A stretch of DNA of 64,000 nt from a virus, in IMG/VR virus record IMGVR_UViG_3300032282_004151, positions 8,317 through 72,316 of that record; one strand, given 5' to 3'. The notes below the pieces were generated by a model. That model did no database searches and had not been told where the DNA came from. It was given only the letters and a program-made list of their open reading frames with translations. The first letter of the stretch is position 1. The number at the start of each line of letters is the position of its first letter. Position numbers and translations under genes: made by a program. Shown in pieces: positions 1 to 9,384 of the stretch.

Positions 1-213
1 TGCTGACAGCATTTGCTACAGCATTTTTTTCATTTTTCAAGGACTATGATGTTTTATTTTATATATCATGCTTTGTTGTATTGTTCATCGCGTTCTATCG
101 ACATCATCAAACGATGAAAATCATAGAGCGCGAACAATATAAAAACAATATATACGACGACAACAAAAAGTAAGATTATATATATTATAGAACAATATAA
201 ACATTAACATATT

Positions 214-621
214 ATGAGTACAAAGAAAACAACAAGTAAGAAGGCAGTCAAGAAGAACACCGCCGCTAAAAAGAATACAAAAAAGGCTAAAGCAAAGAAA
301 GTTGAAAATGTAGTAGTAGATCAACCTATTGCAGTAGAACCCGCCGCTACATCTACAGAGAATAGTAACAATACTACGTTAACATATCCTCAGAACGATG
401 CTACAGAAACAACCGTATCTTCATACACAACAAATGAAGATGTTAATGTATATAACAATGTTCAAGCAGATAACGTTAATACTAACGTCAACAATGAAGT
501 TGTACGTGAAAACGCATCATATGATGATGTAAACTTGAACAATCAAAAAGACAATACTCTTATGTATATAGGCATTGGAATTGGAATAGCCGCGTTTCTT
601 TGGGTGCTATTCTTTCTATAA
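214..621 (+). CDS. hypothetical protein, Lys-rich N-terminus and C-terminal TM anchor
   Basis: ORF; KKTTSKKAVKK head; hydrophobic tail YIGIGIGIAAFLWVLFFL. Confidence 0.7.
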   Translation: MSTKKTTSKKAVKKNTAAKKNTKKAKAKKVENVVVDQPIAVEPAATSTENSNNTTLTYPQNDATETTVSSYTTNEDVNVYNNVQADNVNTNVNNEVVRENASYDDVNLNNQKDNTLMYIGIGIGIAAFLWVLFFL

Positions 622-655
622 GAATATATATAGTATATATTAAAGGGTTATATAT

Positions 656-874
656 ATGAAAGGTAAAGCTAAAAAAGCCGTTGTTGATAATGAAGCAACG
701 GCTATTTTTTATGGTAAAGAAAAAGATGCAGATATAGAGCAGCCATCATCTATTGTATCAAGCAACGCATCAATTCTTAATAAAAATACAATATACATAT
801 ATAAGGATGGATCATCTGCACGAGTATGTTATGACGGCAAAGATCCTAATTATGTGACAATAAGAATAAGCTGA
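656..874 (+). CDS. hypothetical protein
   Basis: ATG ORF co-oriented with neighbours. Confidence 0.55.
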   Translation: MKGKAKKAVVDNEATAIFYGKEKDADIEQPSSIVSSNASILNKNTIYIYKDGSSARVCYDGKDPNYVTIRIS

Positions 875-919
875 TATATATGCCTATTATTAAATAAAAG
901 TAATATAAAACTTAAACGT

Positions 920-1108
920 ATGAGAAACGACGAAATGATATATAGAGAAGTTAATGCTAATAACAACAATAACTTTGTTATGCTGTATCAAATGATGAAT
1001 GAATATAACTCGTTAAATAATGAGCAAAAAAAGAAGTATATGAATTTACTGACAGGTTGGCTTATGAAAGAAAAAGATATACTAAATCTGAATATCAATA
1101 AACAATAA
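920..1108 (+). CDS. hypothetical protein
   Basis: ATG ORF co-oriented with neighbours. Confidence 0.5.
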   Translation: MRNDEMIYREVNANNNNNFVMLYQMMNEYNSLNNEQKKKYMNLLTGWLMKEKDILNLNINKQ

Positions 1109-1445
1109 AGAAGGGTGGGTGTATACCCCCATATATATGTAAATCATATATATACAAAAATGTGGTATGATATGGGGCATAATGGAGTAAGATGGTAGAG
1201 AAGAGATAATAACATAGGATATAGTAGGATACTATAAAATATAAATCATATATAACATAATAAGTAAAGCTTAGATAGTATCTAGGTAGAATAGATAGAT
1301 AAACCCACGCCGCCTCTGTCAATCAAAAAATTTCTTATCCAATTTTTATATATATTGACAACGAATTTTAGGTACCCCCATAGTATATTTGTCAAGCAAA
1401 AAATAGTATCACAAAGTTCTTGACCATCTGATATATCTATGTACT

Positions 1446-1820
1446 ATGTACGTCATGGCTACTATCAATAAGACCAATAACGCTAAGAAGAACACTAACA
1501 AATCTCCTGTAGGCACTATGCCGAAGGACAAGATCACGCGCTATAAGCTGCATGGTAATTTTAGTGCAGAGCGAGGTAAGTTTGTGTCTAGAAACACAAA
1601 GAAGGTGGCGCAAAGCATTCGTATGATTAGTACATATAGAATGTTTGCTCATGGTGTAACAACTAATGTTGTACCATCTCAGTTAAAGCAGGTTGCTCAT
1701 TACTTTCTGACTCCTATGAGTCGTGCAGATAGTGACAATGCCAAGGATCGTAAGGGTCTTGAAGTTGCCGCAGTAGATAATACTGCTGCTATTGATAACA
1801 CATCTGACGCTGCTGAATAA
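1446..1820 (+). CDS. hypothetical basic protein
   Basis: 124-aa ORF with biased codon usage. Confidence 0.65.
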   Translation: MYVMATINKTNNAKKNTNKSPVGTMPKDKITRYKLHGNFSAERGKFVSRNTKKVAQSIRMISTYRMFAHGVTTNVVPSQLKQVAHYFLTPMSRADSDNAKDRKGLEVAAVDNTAAIDNTSDAAE

Positions 1821-1827
1821 GATATAT

Positions 1828-2001
1828 ATGATTATTATCATTACTGTATTAGCAATTCTATTGGCGGCAATTGTTATTGTTGCTGTTAAAGAAGCATCTA
1901 AAGATAAGATTATTCAGACCAAGTGTGGGTGTGGCAAGTCAGTTAGTGGATATTGTGATGGTAGTCATAATAACACAGCTGAAAAAACTGAAGAAAACTA
2001 G
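1828..2001 (+). CDS. membrane-anchored CDGSH iron-sulfur domain protein (mitoNEET-like)
   Basis: N-terminal TM helix, then CGCGKSVSGYCDGSH; start reassigned to ATG 1828. Confidence 0.75.
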   Translation: MIIIITVLAILLAAIVIVAVKEASKDKIIQTKCGCGKSVSGYCDGSHNNTAEKTEEN

Positions 2002-2038
2002 CTATAACTAAAAATATAAATTTAGGTACTAGGGTATG

Positions 2039-2068
2039 AAAGCACGCTGATACATAGCGTGCTTTTTT
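2039..2068 (+). terminator. intrinsic terminator
   Basis: AAGCACGCT-loop-AGCGTGCTT followed by T tract. Confidence 0.8.
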
Positions 2069-2138
2069 GTTATATAAATATTTAGGTAGTTGTGCCCAAC
2101 CCACCTAAAAATTATACATTTCATATACTTATTGGTAT

Positions 2139-2750
2139 ATGAAACTAATAATGGAAAATAATAAACTTGACATAATTGGCGCAAATGCCTGTGGAATATA
2201 TGGGTTCCTATTTCCAGATAATAAATGGTTGGTGGGATATAGCAGTAAAATGTCTGTAAGACTCGGTAGATACTTCTCAGAGGAAAGACTTAATTCCAAA
2301 TTTAAAGATGGATTGTCTAAATACGGATGGGCGCAAATAAAGATATTTGTATTGGAAGAATGTGAAGACAATAAATCAATATTACTTGAAAGAGAAAAGT
2401 ATTGGTCTGAAAAATTGAATTCATTCAATGACGGATATAATGTAGTGGCGTGCGGCTGTGACAGTTTCATAACAGGACGCGAAGGAGGTAAATTACAAAC
2501 TACTGTATATAATGAAGAGTTCAAAGACAGAGTAAGTGAAGGGATGAGAAAGCATCACGCCAACAAAAAGGCCAATGGACCTAAAAAATATAAAAATTGG
2601 AAGAAACTTTATATTTCCGCCAAACAAATAAATCCTAGTATATACCTACCAGAAAATTTAGGTACCCTACCTACTGATACAGAGTTTGGTATTGAATGGA
2701 ACAAGTTAAGTAAGTGGAATAGAAAAAGAGTAGCCAAAAAAATAATTTAG
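2139..2750 (+). CDS. GIY-YIG homing endonuclease-like protein
   Basis: GIYGF..WLVGYS..R..Y; LEREKYW; SFNDGYN. Confidence 0.8.
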   Translation: MKLIMENNKLDIIGANACGIYGFLFPDNKWLVGYSSKMSVRLGRYFSEERLNSKFKDGLSKYGWAQIKIFVLEECEDNKSILLEREKYWSEKLNSFNDGYNVVACGCDSFITGREGGKLQTTVYNEEFKDRVSEGMRKHHANKKANGPKKYKNWKKLYISAKQINPSIYLPENLGTLPTDTEFGIEWNKLSKWNRKRVAKKII

Positions 2751-2854
2751 GTACCCCCCTACCCCCACTTCTTATATATTGACAAACTAGCTATATAGTG
2801 TATGTTGGTACCTGACAAAGCTAATAAAGGCTAAAGTCTATAACAATAAACAAT

Positions 2855-3241
2855 ATGCTAAACGTAGTAACAATGGTAGGTAATGTGGTTTCGGACCCCA
2901 CAAATAGATCAACAGGCACAGGCAAGAATGTAAGTACACTTCGCCTTGCTGTTAATAATCCACTCAATGATAAGGAAGTTCTCTTTATCAATGTGGATAC
3001 ATGGGAAAAGCAAGCTGAGTTTGTCAGCAAGTATGTTAAGAAGGGCAACATGGTAAGTGTTGTTGGCCGTCTTAAGCAGGATGAATGGGAGAAGGATGGT
3101 GTTAAGCGCACCTCATATGCCATCATCGCAGAGCGTGTCAACTTTGTTGGCAGCAAGAAGAAGGAAGATAAAGCGCCTGATGCTCAAAGTGATGAGTTTG
3201 ATGACGCCGCCTTCGCCGCCGCCGCTGGCATAAAGAGTTGA
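2855..3241 (+). CDS. ssb: single-stranded DNA-binding protein
   Basis: NVVTMVGNV..DP; WEKQAE..KG..V.VVGRL; acidic tail. Confidence 0.93.
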   Translation: MLNVVTMVGNVVSDPTNRSTGTGKNVSTLRLAVNNPLNDKEVLFINVDTWEKQAEFVSKYVKKGNMVSVVGRLKQDEWEKDGVKRTSYAIIAERVNFVGSKKKEDKAPDAQSDEFDDAAFAAAAGIKS

Positions 3242-3264
3242 TAATCAAGTAGTTACAAAAGCAC

Positions 3265-3293
3265 AAAAACCCCCAATTTCTTGGGGGTTTTTT
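3265..3293. terminator. bidirectional intrinsic terminator after ssb
   Basis: AAAAACCCCCAA-TTTC-TTGGGGGTTTTT. Confidence 0.8.
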
Positions 3294-3450
3294 ACAACTT
3301 TTTTACATTTACAATTTTTTTACATTTACAACTTTTTTACAATTTACTTTTCTTTATTGAGCATATGCGCATACACGCATATTCTAAACTGTTGAATATC
3401 AAGCACTTACAAAAGTTGCAAGTTGTTGAGCTTCAAGCACTTGCGTAATT
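3290..3450. repeat. TTTTTACA(A/T) tandem repeats and two TGTTGA-N4-CAAGCACTT units
   Basis: seen directly; non-coding left border of the GC-rich array. Confidence 0.7.
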
Positions 3451-3559
3451 GTAAAAATTTGCCTAGCAGCATTTTTAAGCTTGATTTTTTTAATAAAATG
3501 TGCTATACTATTTGAGTCAGGGGGAGTCAAATTTTTGGGGGCACTTGAAGCAATCTGCC

Positions 3560-3660
3560 CAGGCGTCGGTCCCCTACCCATCGGCCACCCTCGCGGGACT
3601 CACCGTAGTTCGGTTTTTCGGATCTCTGTCCTACTTCCACCGTGCAATCATTCTAGCAGA
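3560..3660 (-). ncRNA. putative small structured RNA with own promoter, copy A
   Basis: TAGAAT-gattgcac-GGTGGAAGTA..CCGAAAAACCGA; nucleotide-level repeat of 4348-4437. Confidence 0.4.
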
Positions 3661-3729
3661 ATGAGTTTAAAATGAAAGCTCAACGAATTTTGTAACTCGT
3701 TGAGCTTGAACTACGGACCAAAAAACCCC

Positions 3730-4263
3730 TTAGTAGGGGTTGTTTCGGGCGATCTCGCGCTCAACTTCGGCGTCCGTCGGAAGGACGACGTTGACCTTCG
3801 CCACGTTCTCCAGCGCCGTGTAGACGCGGGAACCGTCGGCCAAACGCAGCCCGATGCGGTAGGCACCGTGCCGAAAGCCGTCCGCCCCAAACCAAAAGAC
3901 CTCGCCAACCGTGCCCTTGGCGATCTTGCGACCCTTCACAACCTTGACCTCGTCGTTGATGCGAACGGCGGCGGCGAGACGGTTCAGGCGATTGCGCGCA
4001 GCCTCGCGCACGTTGGCGTTGTTGGCGTACCAAGCCCGAGCCTTGGCTCGAACCTCGTCCGTAGCGTCGGCGCGGTGATACTTGCTGGGCGCGTAGGCGC
4101 GGGTCGTGCCGTCGTTGATCTCGCGCACGCAGCCCTGCTCCTCGTCCCATACGATGGCGTAGAAGTCGGAGTCGTCGTGATAGTTCGCCTCGCGAAGGCC
4201 GAGGACGCAGCCGTAGAAGTCGCGTTCGTGGTCGAGTTTCTTGGTGATGGTGGTGGTTTCCAT
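3730..4263 (-). CDS. hypothetical phage protein with KOW/SH3-like segment
   Basis: METTTITKK start follows promoter TCGACA-17-CAATCT; EVKVVKGRKIAKGTVGEVFW. Confidence 0.8.
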   Translation of the reverse strand: METTTITKKLDHERDFYGCVLGLREANYHDDSDFYAIVWDEEQGCVREINDGTTRAYAPSKYHRADATDEVRAKARAWYANNANVREAARNRLNRLAAAVRINDEVKVVKGRKIAKGTVGEVFWFGADGFRHGAYRIGLRLADGSRVYTALENVAKVNVVLPTDAEVEREIARNNPY

Positions 4264-4347
4264 AGTGCTGATAGATTGAACACTTTTTATTGAAATGTCG
4301 AGAAAAATCGTGTTGAGATTTAATCTCGGTACTTTTTTAAATCCGCG

Positions 4348-4437
4348 TAGGAGTCGGTGCCCGACTCTAGGAGGCTGATCTCCGCATCTCGGCTTTTCGG
4401 GTTCTCCCGTACTTCCACCGTACAATCAGTCTAGCAT
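4348..4437 (-). ncRNA. putative small structured RNA with own promoter, copy B
   Basis: TAGACT-gattgtac-GGTGGAAGTA..CCGAAAAGCCGA; GAGTCGG/CCGACTC hairpin. Confidence 0.4.
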
Positions 4438-4535
4438 ATCCTCATAGAAATACCAGCAAAATCGTTAGAAAAAGTGCAGGCCAAATCATCTTTTTTCTGG
4501 ACTTTCTTTAATTCTTCAACCATAATGTTCGAACA

Positions 4536-4793
4536 ATGAAGATCATTCCTATCTACTGCTCCTATTCCTTTGAGTGGAAAGGCAATCATGGCAGCACCGA
4601 AGAAAGCCGCCTGATGAAGGTTGGCACCACCGATGTTCCCAAGGATTGGCACGGCATTGCCATTAAAAGCCACAATACTGGCAAAGTTCTGCTTTTCGAC
4701 CCTGTGGAAGATCCCGGTGAAAATGGTTATGATGGTGAGTTTATGATTTATTCCCACAACGACAAATACTTTGTGCAAATCTGGAACTACTAA
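4536..4793 (+). CDS. hypothetical early protein
   Basis: own promoter TGGACT..CATAAT directly upstream. Confidence 0.8.
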   Translation: MKIIPIYCSYSFEWKGNHGSTEESRLMKVGTTDVPKDWHGIAIKSHNTGKVLLFDPVEDPGENGYDGEFMIYSHNDKYFVQIWNY

Positions 4794-4799
4794 TAACTT

Positions 4800-4958
4800 A
4801 TGAAAAAGTACAAGGTTACGTTCATTGATGAAATTGATGCAGAGAATGAAGATGATGCTTATGCCATCATTCTCAATTATCTTACCAAATGCGTTCAGTA
4901 TGAAGATGTTACGGCATTCGAATTCAAGGAGATCAAGAAAAAGAAGAAGCGCGCTTGA
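4800..4958 (+). CDS. small hypothetical protein (not in ORF track)
   Basis: MKKYKVTFIDEIDAENEDDA..; TGA stop overlaps the next TTGACA. Confidence 0.7.
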   Translation: MKKYKVTFIDEIDAENEDDAYAIILNYLTKCVQYEDVTAFEFKEIKKKKKRA

Positions 4959-4989
4959 CATTCTAATAAAAGTCTAGCACGATACACGT

Positions 4990-6381
4990 ATGCAAATTGA
5001 TACCACCGGTTTGCTTGAACCGCAATTCAAGCACGTGCAAACGCTCGTCGATAGCTTGTACCTCAACGGCCATGCCGTGGACATGAGTGAGACTGGCACT
5101 GGCAAGACATATGCAGCTGCTGCGGTCATTCGCGAGATGAACCGTCCGTTTGTTATCATCTGCCCCAAGAGTGTCATTCATCAGTGGGAGAAGGTTCTGA
5201 ATGCTTTCAAGCTGAAGGCGGTCACTGTGATCAACTATGAACTGATTGGTCGCGGCAATACCAAGTATATGAAGTGGAAGAAGCTTCCCGATCCTGTGCA
5301 GCCTTATCAGGAGAATGCTACTCGTGAACTTCCGCAGTTCAAGTTTGACCCCAACACTCTTGTGGTCGTTGACGAGGGTCACAAGTGCAAAGGCACTGAC
5401 ACCAGCAACAGTTGGATGCTTGTTGCCCTTAAGCTTCAAGGCTACAAGGTGCTGGTCTCGTCCGCCACCGTTGCGACTTCTCCGCTTGAGATGAAGGCGT
5501 TTGGCTTCATGACGAACCTTCATGCCTTGTACAACTTCCGCGACTTTTGCCGAGTGCACGGCGCGGAACTGCTTGCGCGTTATGGTGCCATGACTTTCAA
5601 CTTGAGCAACCCTCAAGCCAAGGAGTCTATGCTGCGACTCAATGAGTATCTGTTCGAAACTACCAAGTGCGCAAGCCGCATGAAGGTGGAGGATTTTGGC
5701 AAGCAGTTTCCCGAGAGCCACATTGTGGCGGAGGCTTATGACCTTGGCAGCAACGAGAGCAAGATCCAAGCCGTCTATGACGACATGGAGACTGAACTGG
5801 CCAAGCTTGAGGAGAAGGCGGAGAACTACAGTGAGCACATCTTTGCCGTCATGATGGAGGCTCGTCGCAAGGCGGAGCTTTGCAAGGTTCCCTTGTTCGT
5901 TGACATGGTCGAAGATCTGTTTGACGAGGGCAAGAGCGTTGTGCTGTTCCTCAACTTCACTGACAGCGTTGAGGCTGTTGTGAAGCGATTGGACAAGATG
6001 GCCAAGTTCAAGGACCAGATTGGCTACATTGTGGGCGGTCAGGCTGACAAGCAGCGCATTGCAGATATCGAAGCATTCCAAGCTGACAAGAAGCGAGTGA
6101 TGGTCGTCAATATTGCGGCGGGCGGCACTGGCGTCAGCCTTCACGATTTGAACGGCAACTTTCCTCGCGCCAGCATCGTCAGCCCCAATTGGAGTGCCTT
6201 CAATATGCGCCAAGCCTTGGGCCGTGTTTGGCGTCTTGAGGGCAAGACGAAGAGCTACCAGCACATCGTCTACGCTGCCAAGTGCATCGAGGAGAATATC
6301 TGTCACCGCGTGCAGCACAAGCTGGCATGCCTTGACACGCTCAACGACGGTGACCTTGCCGAGAGTTTGACCCTCGTCTAA
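4990..6381 (+). CDS. SF2 (SNF2/DExH-like) helicase
   Basis: SETGTGKT (Walker A), DEGH, SAT, AGGTGVSL, QALGRVWR. Confidence 0.92.
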   Translation: MQIDTTGLLEPQFKHVQTLVDSLYLNGHAVDMSETGTGKTYAAAAVIREMNRPFVIICPKSVIHQWEKVLNAFKLKAVTVINYELIGRGNTKYMKWKKLPDPVQPYQENATRELPQFKFDPNTLVVVDEGHKCKGTDTSNSWMLVALKLQGYKVLVSSATVATSPLEMKAFGFMTNLHALYNFRDFCRVHGAELLARYGAMTFNLSNPQAKESMLRLNEYLFETTKCASRMKVEDFGKQFPESHIVAEAYDLGSNESKIQAVYDDMETELAKLEEKAENYSEHIFAVMMEARRKAELCKVPLFVDMVEDLFDEGKSVVLFLNFTDSVEAVVKRLDKMAKFKDQIGYIVGGQADKQRIADIEAFQADKKRVMVVNIAAGGTGVSLHDLNGNFPRASIVSPNWSAFNMRQALGRVWRLEGKTKSYQHIVYAAKCIEENICHRVQHKLACLDTLNDGDLAESLTLV

Positions 6382-6392
6382 CGAGGGTTGGG

Positions 6393-6436
6393 GAGGTGGT
6401 GGAATGAGTGGTATCTTCCACCACCTCTCTTTTTTT
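6393..6436 (+). terminator. intrinsic terminator
   Basis: GAGGTGGTGGAA / TTCCACCACCTC plus T tract. Confidence 0.8.
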
Positions 6437-6472
6437 CTCGACTTTCTTTAATCTGCTGTCATGCTTCTGGGT

Positions 6473-6691
6473 ATGACGCTTCAAGAAATCAAGGACGCCA
6501 TCGACGACGGCAAGACGGTCTATTGGTCCAATGAGCGCTACGTGGTCATCAAAGACCCGCTCCGCGACGGCACGTTCCAATACCTCATCGGCTGCGACCA
6601 CGGTTCGCCTCGTGCGAACTACATCGGGCTGGTTTGGGCGGATGGCGTGACGGTCAATGGTCGCCCCGAGCAGTTCTTCGTCGGCAAGTGA
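6473..6691 (+). CDS. hypothetical early protein
   Basis: MTLQEIKDAIDDGK; promoter upstream. Confidence 0.8.
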   Translation: MTLQEIKDAIDDGKTVYWSNERYVVIKDPLRDGTFQYLIGCDHGSPRANYIGLVWADGVTVNGRPEQFFVGK

Positions 6692-6737
6692 GTTTTTGCT
6701 CGACTTTCTTTAATTTATCCACCATACTGATTGCACG

Positions 6738-6914
6738 ATGAAAACCTATCGCATCTACACTCCTTGGAACAGCATTGTGATTGAGGCCAAGAACGAGAAG
6801 CAGGCCAAGATTGACGCAGTTAAGCAACTGCTGTATGAGATTGAAAGTGACGCCGGAGCCAGTTTGGACGTTGAAGAAATCGAGAAAGACAGTTTGACCG
6901 ACTCTTTGGTCTAG
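6738..6914 (+). CDS. small hypothetical protein (not in ORF track)
   Basis: MKTYRIYTPWNS..; promoter TCGACT-17-CATACT. Confidence 0.75.
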   Translation: MKTYRIYTPWNSIVIEAKNEKQAKIDAVKQLLYEIESDAGASLDVEEIEKDSLTDSLV

Positions 6915-6923
6915 TCTTGACTT

Positions 6924-7313
6924 ATGCAATTCAACACGATCAAAATACGGTACAACGACGGTACTTTTAAGACAGAGTACAATAACGTCGAGTCTAAACT
7001 CAAGGCGGTTAGCGAGGTTTTGGAAATTGTCTTTGCCAATTGGAACAATGGTTCTGGCAGCGAGTGCCCTGAGTTTCTTGCCAGCAAGGTTCGCAGCCTA
7101 TCCGTAGGCGATTATGTGGCAGTGGATGGTCAATGGCATCGCTGCGAGGGCATTGGTTGGAGCGAGGTGAGCAAGGACGATGTGGCGAAGTGGTTCTTCA
7201 CCTTGTCAGAGGTTCGCAGCAAGCGGTCCTCTGGAGCCACTGAGGAGGAGGAGATCATGGCGCGATGGCGCGACCGTCGTCGTACCGAAGAACTTCTCGG
7301 AATTTTTTCTTGA
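6924..7313 (+). CDS. hypothetical early protein (YodL-like RSLSVGD motif)
   Basis: RSLSVGDYVAVDGQWHRCEGIGW. Confidence 0.75.
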   Translation: MQFNTIKIRYNDGTFKTEYNNVESKLKAVSEVLEIVFANWNNGSGSECPEFLASKVRSLSVGDYVAVDGQWHRCEGIGWSEVSKDDVAKWFFTLSEVRSKRSSGATEEEEIMARWRDRRRTEELLGIFS

Positions 7314-7354
7314 GGCTTGACTTTCTTTAATCCATCATCATACTTTCATTCATT

Positions 7355-7522
7355 ATGGATCACATCGACTTCATCATCGGCGTTGAAAACGGCACTCTGA
7401 GCAACGAGGAGTTTCATGACAATGTGCAGGCGTTCGTTGACTCTGGTGTGTGGCGGAACCTTCAGGGTTCTTGGCAGAGGGCGGTGCAGATTTGGGTTGA
7501 GGCTGGCTACGCCACTCTTTGA
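7355..7522 (+). CDS. small hypothetical protein (not in ORF track)
   Basis: MDHIDFIIGVENG..LQGSWQR; own promoter. Confidence 0.75.
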   Translation: MDHIDFIIGVENGTLSNEEFHDNVQAFVDSGVWRNLQGSWQRAVQIWVEAGYATL

Positions 7523-7568
7523 TCAGGAGGCTTGACTTTTTTTATTCCTCTGCCATACTGATACCACG

Positions 7569-7817
7569 ATGAAAAACCAGCACGCTATCACCCTCAAGAA
7601 GTCTGCTGACAAGTACATTGCTTGGCACAGCAACGCCTTCAAGGACGACCCCGAAATGACTGAAGGAGGCAAGAAGGACTACGACGATCTCATCAGCATC
7701 GCTGGTATGATCGAGAATGGTGAGGACAAGAAGAAGATTGGAATGACTATGTGGAAGCTTGACACGGCTGTTCGCGACATTATTCCTGACAATGTCTATT
7801 ACGCCTTCACTCGCTAA
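7569..7817 (+). CDS. hypothetical early protein
   Basis: own promoter; ORF. Confidence 0.8.
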   Translation: MKNQHAITLKKSADKYIAWHSNAFKDDPEMTEGGKKDYDDLISIAGMIENGEDKKKIGMTMWKLDTAVRDIIPDNVYYAFTR

Positions 7818-7856
7818 TAGCTTGACTTTTTATTAACCATCATCATTCTATCTTAC

Positions 7857-8234
7857 ATGGGCGTTTACATCTACGGAATCAAGTCTCCCAAGCACGTTGC
7901 CACGGTTGAATTGGACAACGGCAACGTCTGCACGGTGGCGAAGTATGCTTACGCTTACAAGCCGCTGTATTCCTTTTTCAACAAGGAGCCGAAGTGGCAG
8001 ACGCTCGCCAAGGCTCGCCTTACTCGAATGGACAATATCTGGAAGAAGTTCATCTCCGATGGTGGCAAGTATCCGCAGGGCGGCGTCATGGTTCATGGCG
8101 AAGGCAACGACAAGATCGAGATCGGTTCCAACGTGATGACTTGGCCACAGATTTCTTCTGTGCCGATTGCCATCGAAGATTGCACTTGCAACAAGGCATC
8201 GTTCATCGGCAAGATTGTGCGAGTGATTTCTTGA
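7857..8234 (+). CDS. hypothetical early protein
   Basis: own promoter; stop overlaps the next -35. Confidence 0.8.
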   Translation: MGVYIYGIKSPKHVATVELDNGNVCTVAKYAYAYKPLYSFFNKEPKWQTLAKARLTRMDNIWKKFISDGGKYPQGGVMVHGEGNDKIEIGSNVMTWPQISSVPIAIEDCTCNKASFIGKIVRVIS

Positions 8235-8268
8235 CTTTCATAAAAAAACTGCTACTCTTCTAAACACT

Positions 8269-8781
8269 ATGGGATACCACACTGATTTCCGAGGCAAGTT
8301 CGATCTGAACAAGCCCCTTTCTCCTGCTCACAAGGCTTATCTCCTGAAGTTCAGCGAGACGCGCCGCATGAAGCGCAAGCAGACCGTTGCGGCGAAGAAG
8401 CTAGACCCTATCCGAGTTGCGGCGGGACTTCCTATTGGCAAGCAAGGTGCTTATTTCGTCAATGGCGCTGGCTTTTGCGGTCAGGACAGCGATGATAGCG
8501 TCGTCAACAGCAACACCCCTCCCGAGGGTCAGCCGAGCCTATGGTGCCAATGGGTACCGAACGAGGACGGCACTGCCATTGAATGGGACGGTGGCGAGAA
8601 GTTCTATGAGTATGTGGATTGGATTGAGTATCTCATCAAGAACTTCCTAGAGCCGTGGGGTTATGTTCTCAATGGCGAAGTGGAATGGAATGGAGAAGAT
8701 CGTGATGACATTGGTATGATTGCCATTGACAGCAACGAAGTGAAGGTCAAGAATGGTCGAGTTGTTTACGAGGAGGTTTAA
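8269..8781 (+). CDS. conserved-looking phage hypothetical protein
   Basis: MGYHTDF..PSLWCQW..WDGGEKFYEY..LNGEVEWNGE. Confidence 0.85.
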   Translation: MGYHTDFRGKFDLNKPLSPAHKAYLLKFSETRRMKRKQTVAAKKLDPIRVAAGLPIGKQGAYFVNGAGFCGQDSDDSVVNSNTPPEGQPSLWCQWVPNEDGTAIEWDGGEKFYEYVDWIEYLIKNFLEPWGYVLNGEVEWNGEDRDDIGMIAIDSNEVKVKNGRVVYEEV

Positions 8782-8784
8782 TAA

Positions 8785-9057
8785 ATGGAAAACTCAGACA
8801 TTGTAAAAATCCTTATCATTGACAGCGCTCAGATGCCTATTCATACTGAGAAGTATGAGTTTGCTTCAAGTGAGGCTGATAAGATCAAGGACACCATCCT
8901 ATCTTCACTGAACCGACTTGGTAAGGCAACGCATGCGCTCATCAGGTTCAAGAACGAGTATTGGGTTGCTGACCATACTGCACAAGGCAAGCTTCAGTCT
9001 GAAACATATTATCGGCACAAGGTCAAGTATCATCCCTACATGAAAGAATTGGTTTGA
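8785..9057 (+). CDS. hypothetical protein
   Basis: ORF coupled to the upstream gene. Confidence 0.75.
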   Translation: MENSDIVKILIIDSAQMPIHTEKYEFASSEADKIKDTILSSLNRLGKATHALIRFKNEYWVADHTAQGKLQSETYYRHKVKYHPYMKELV

Positions 9058-9091
9058 CATTTTAAAAAAAGTAGTCCAAGATACTAGAACG

Positions 9092-9322
9092 ATGAAAATC
9101 TATCACCTACACATCAAGGACAATGACGCTGCGGAATATGATACCCACTTTCATTTCACGCACGCTACCAAGGATGGTTCAGATTTGTGGGGAGATTACA
9201 ACAGCGCGTATGCTTTTGTGATTGACAATCTGAACGATTGGGATATAAATGATGTCATTACAAAGCTGAAAGAGAGTGGTTGGACCGAAGTTGAAGTTGA
9301 GAAAGTGGAAGTGGAGTATTAA
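9092..9322 (+). CDS. hypothetical early protein
   Basis: own promoter. Confidence 0.8.
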   Translation: MKIYHLHIKDNDAAEYDTHFHFTHATKDGSDLWGDYNSAYAFVIDNLNDWDINDVITKLKESGWTEVEVEKVEVEY

Positions 9323-9384
9323 AAAAAGTTAAGAAAGTTGAAGTTTTTCGTTGACATTTGGATATATATCAGTAAGATGATGGG

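Noticed and set aside
4963-6318. 451-aa minus-strand ORF (and similar ones at 3700-4293, 10646-11200, 22489-23340)
   Set aside because: These are antisense shadows of real genes caused by biased codon usage; they have no motifs or promoters.
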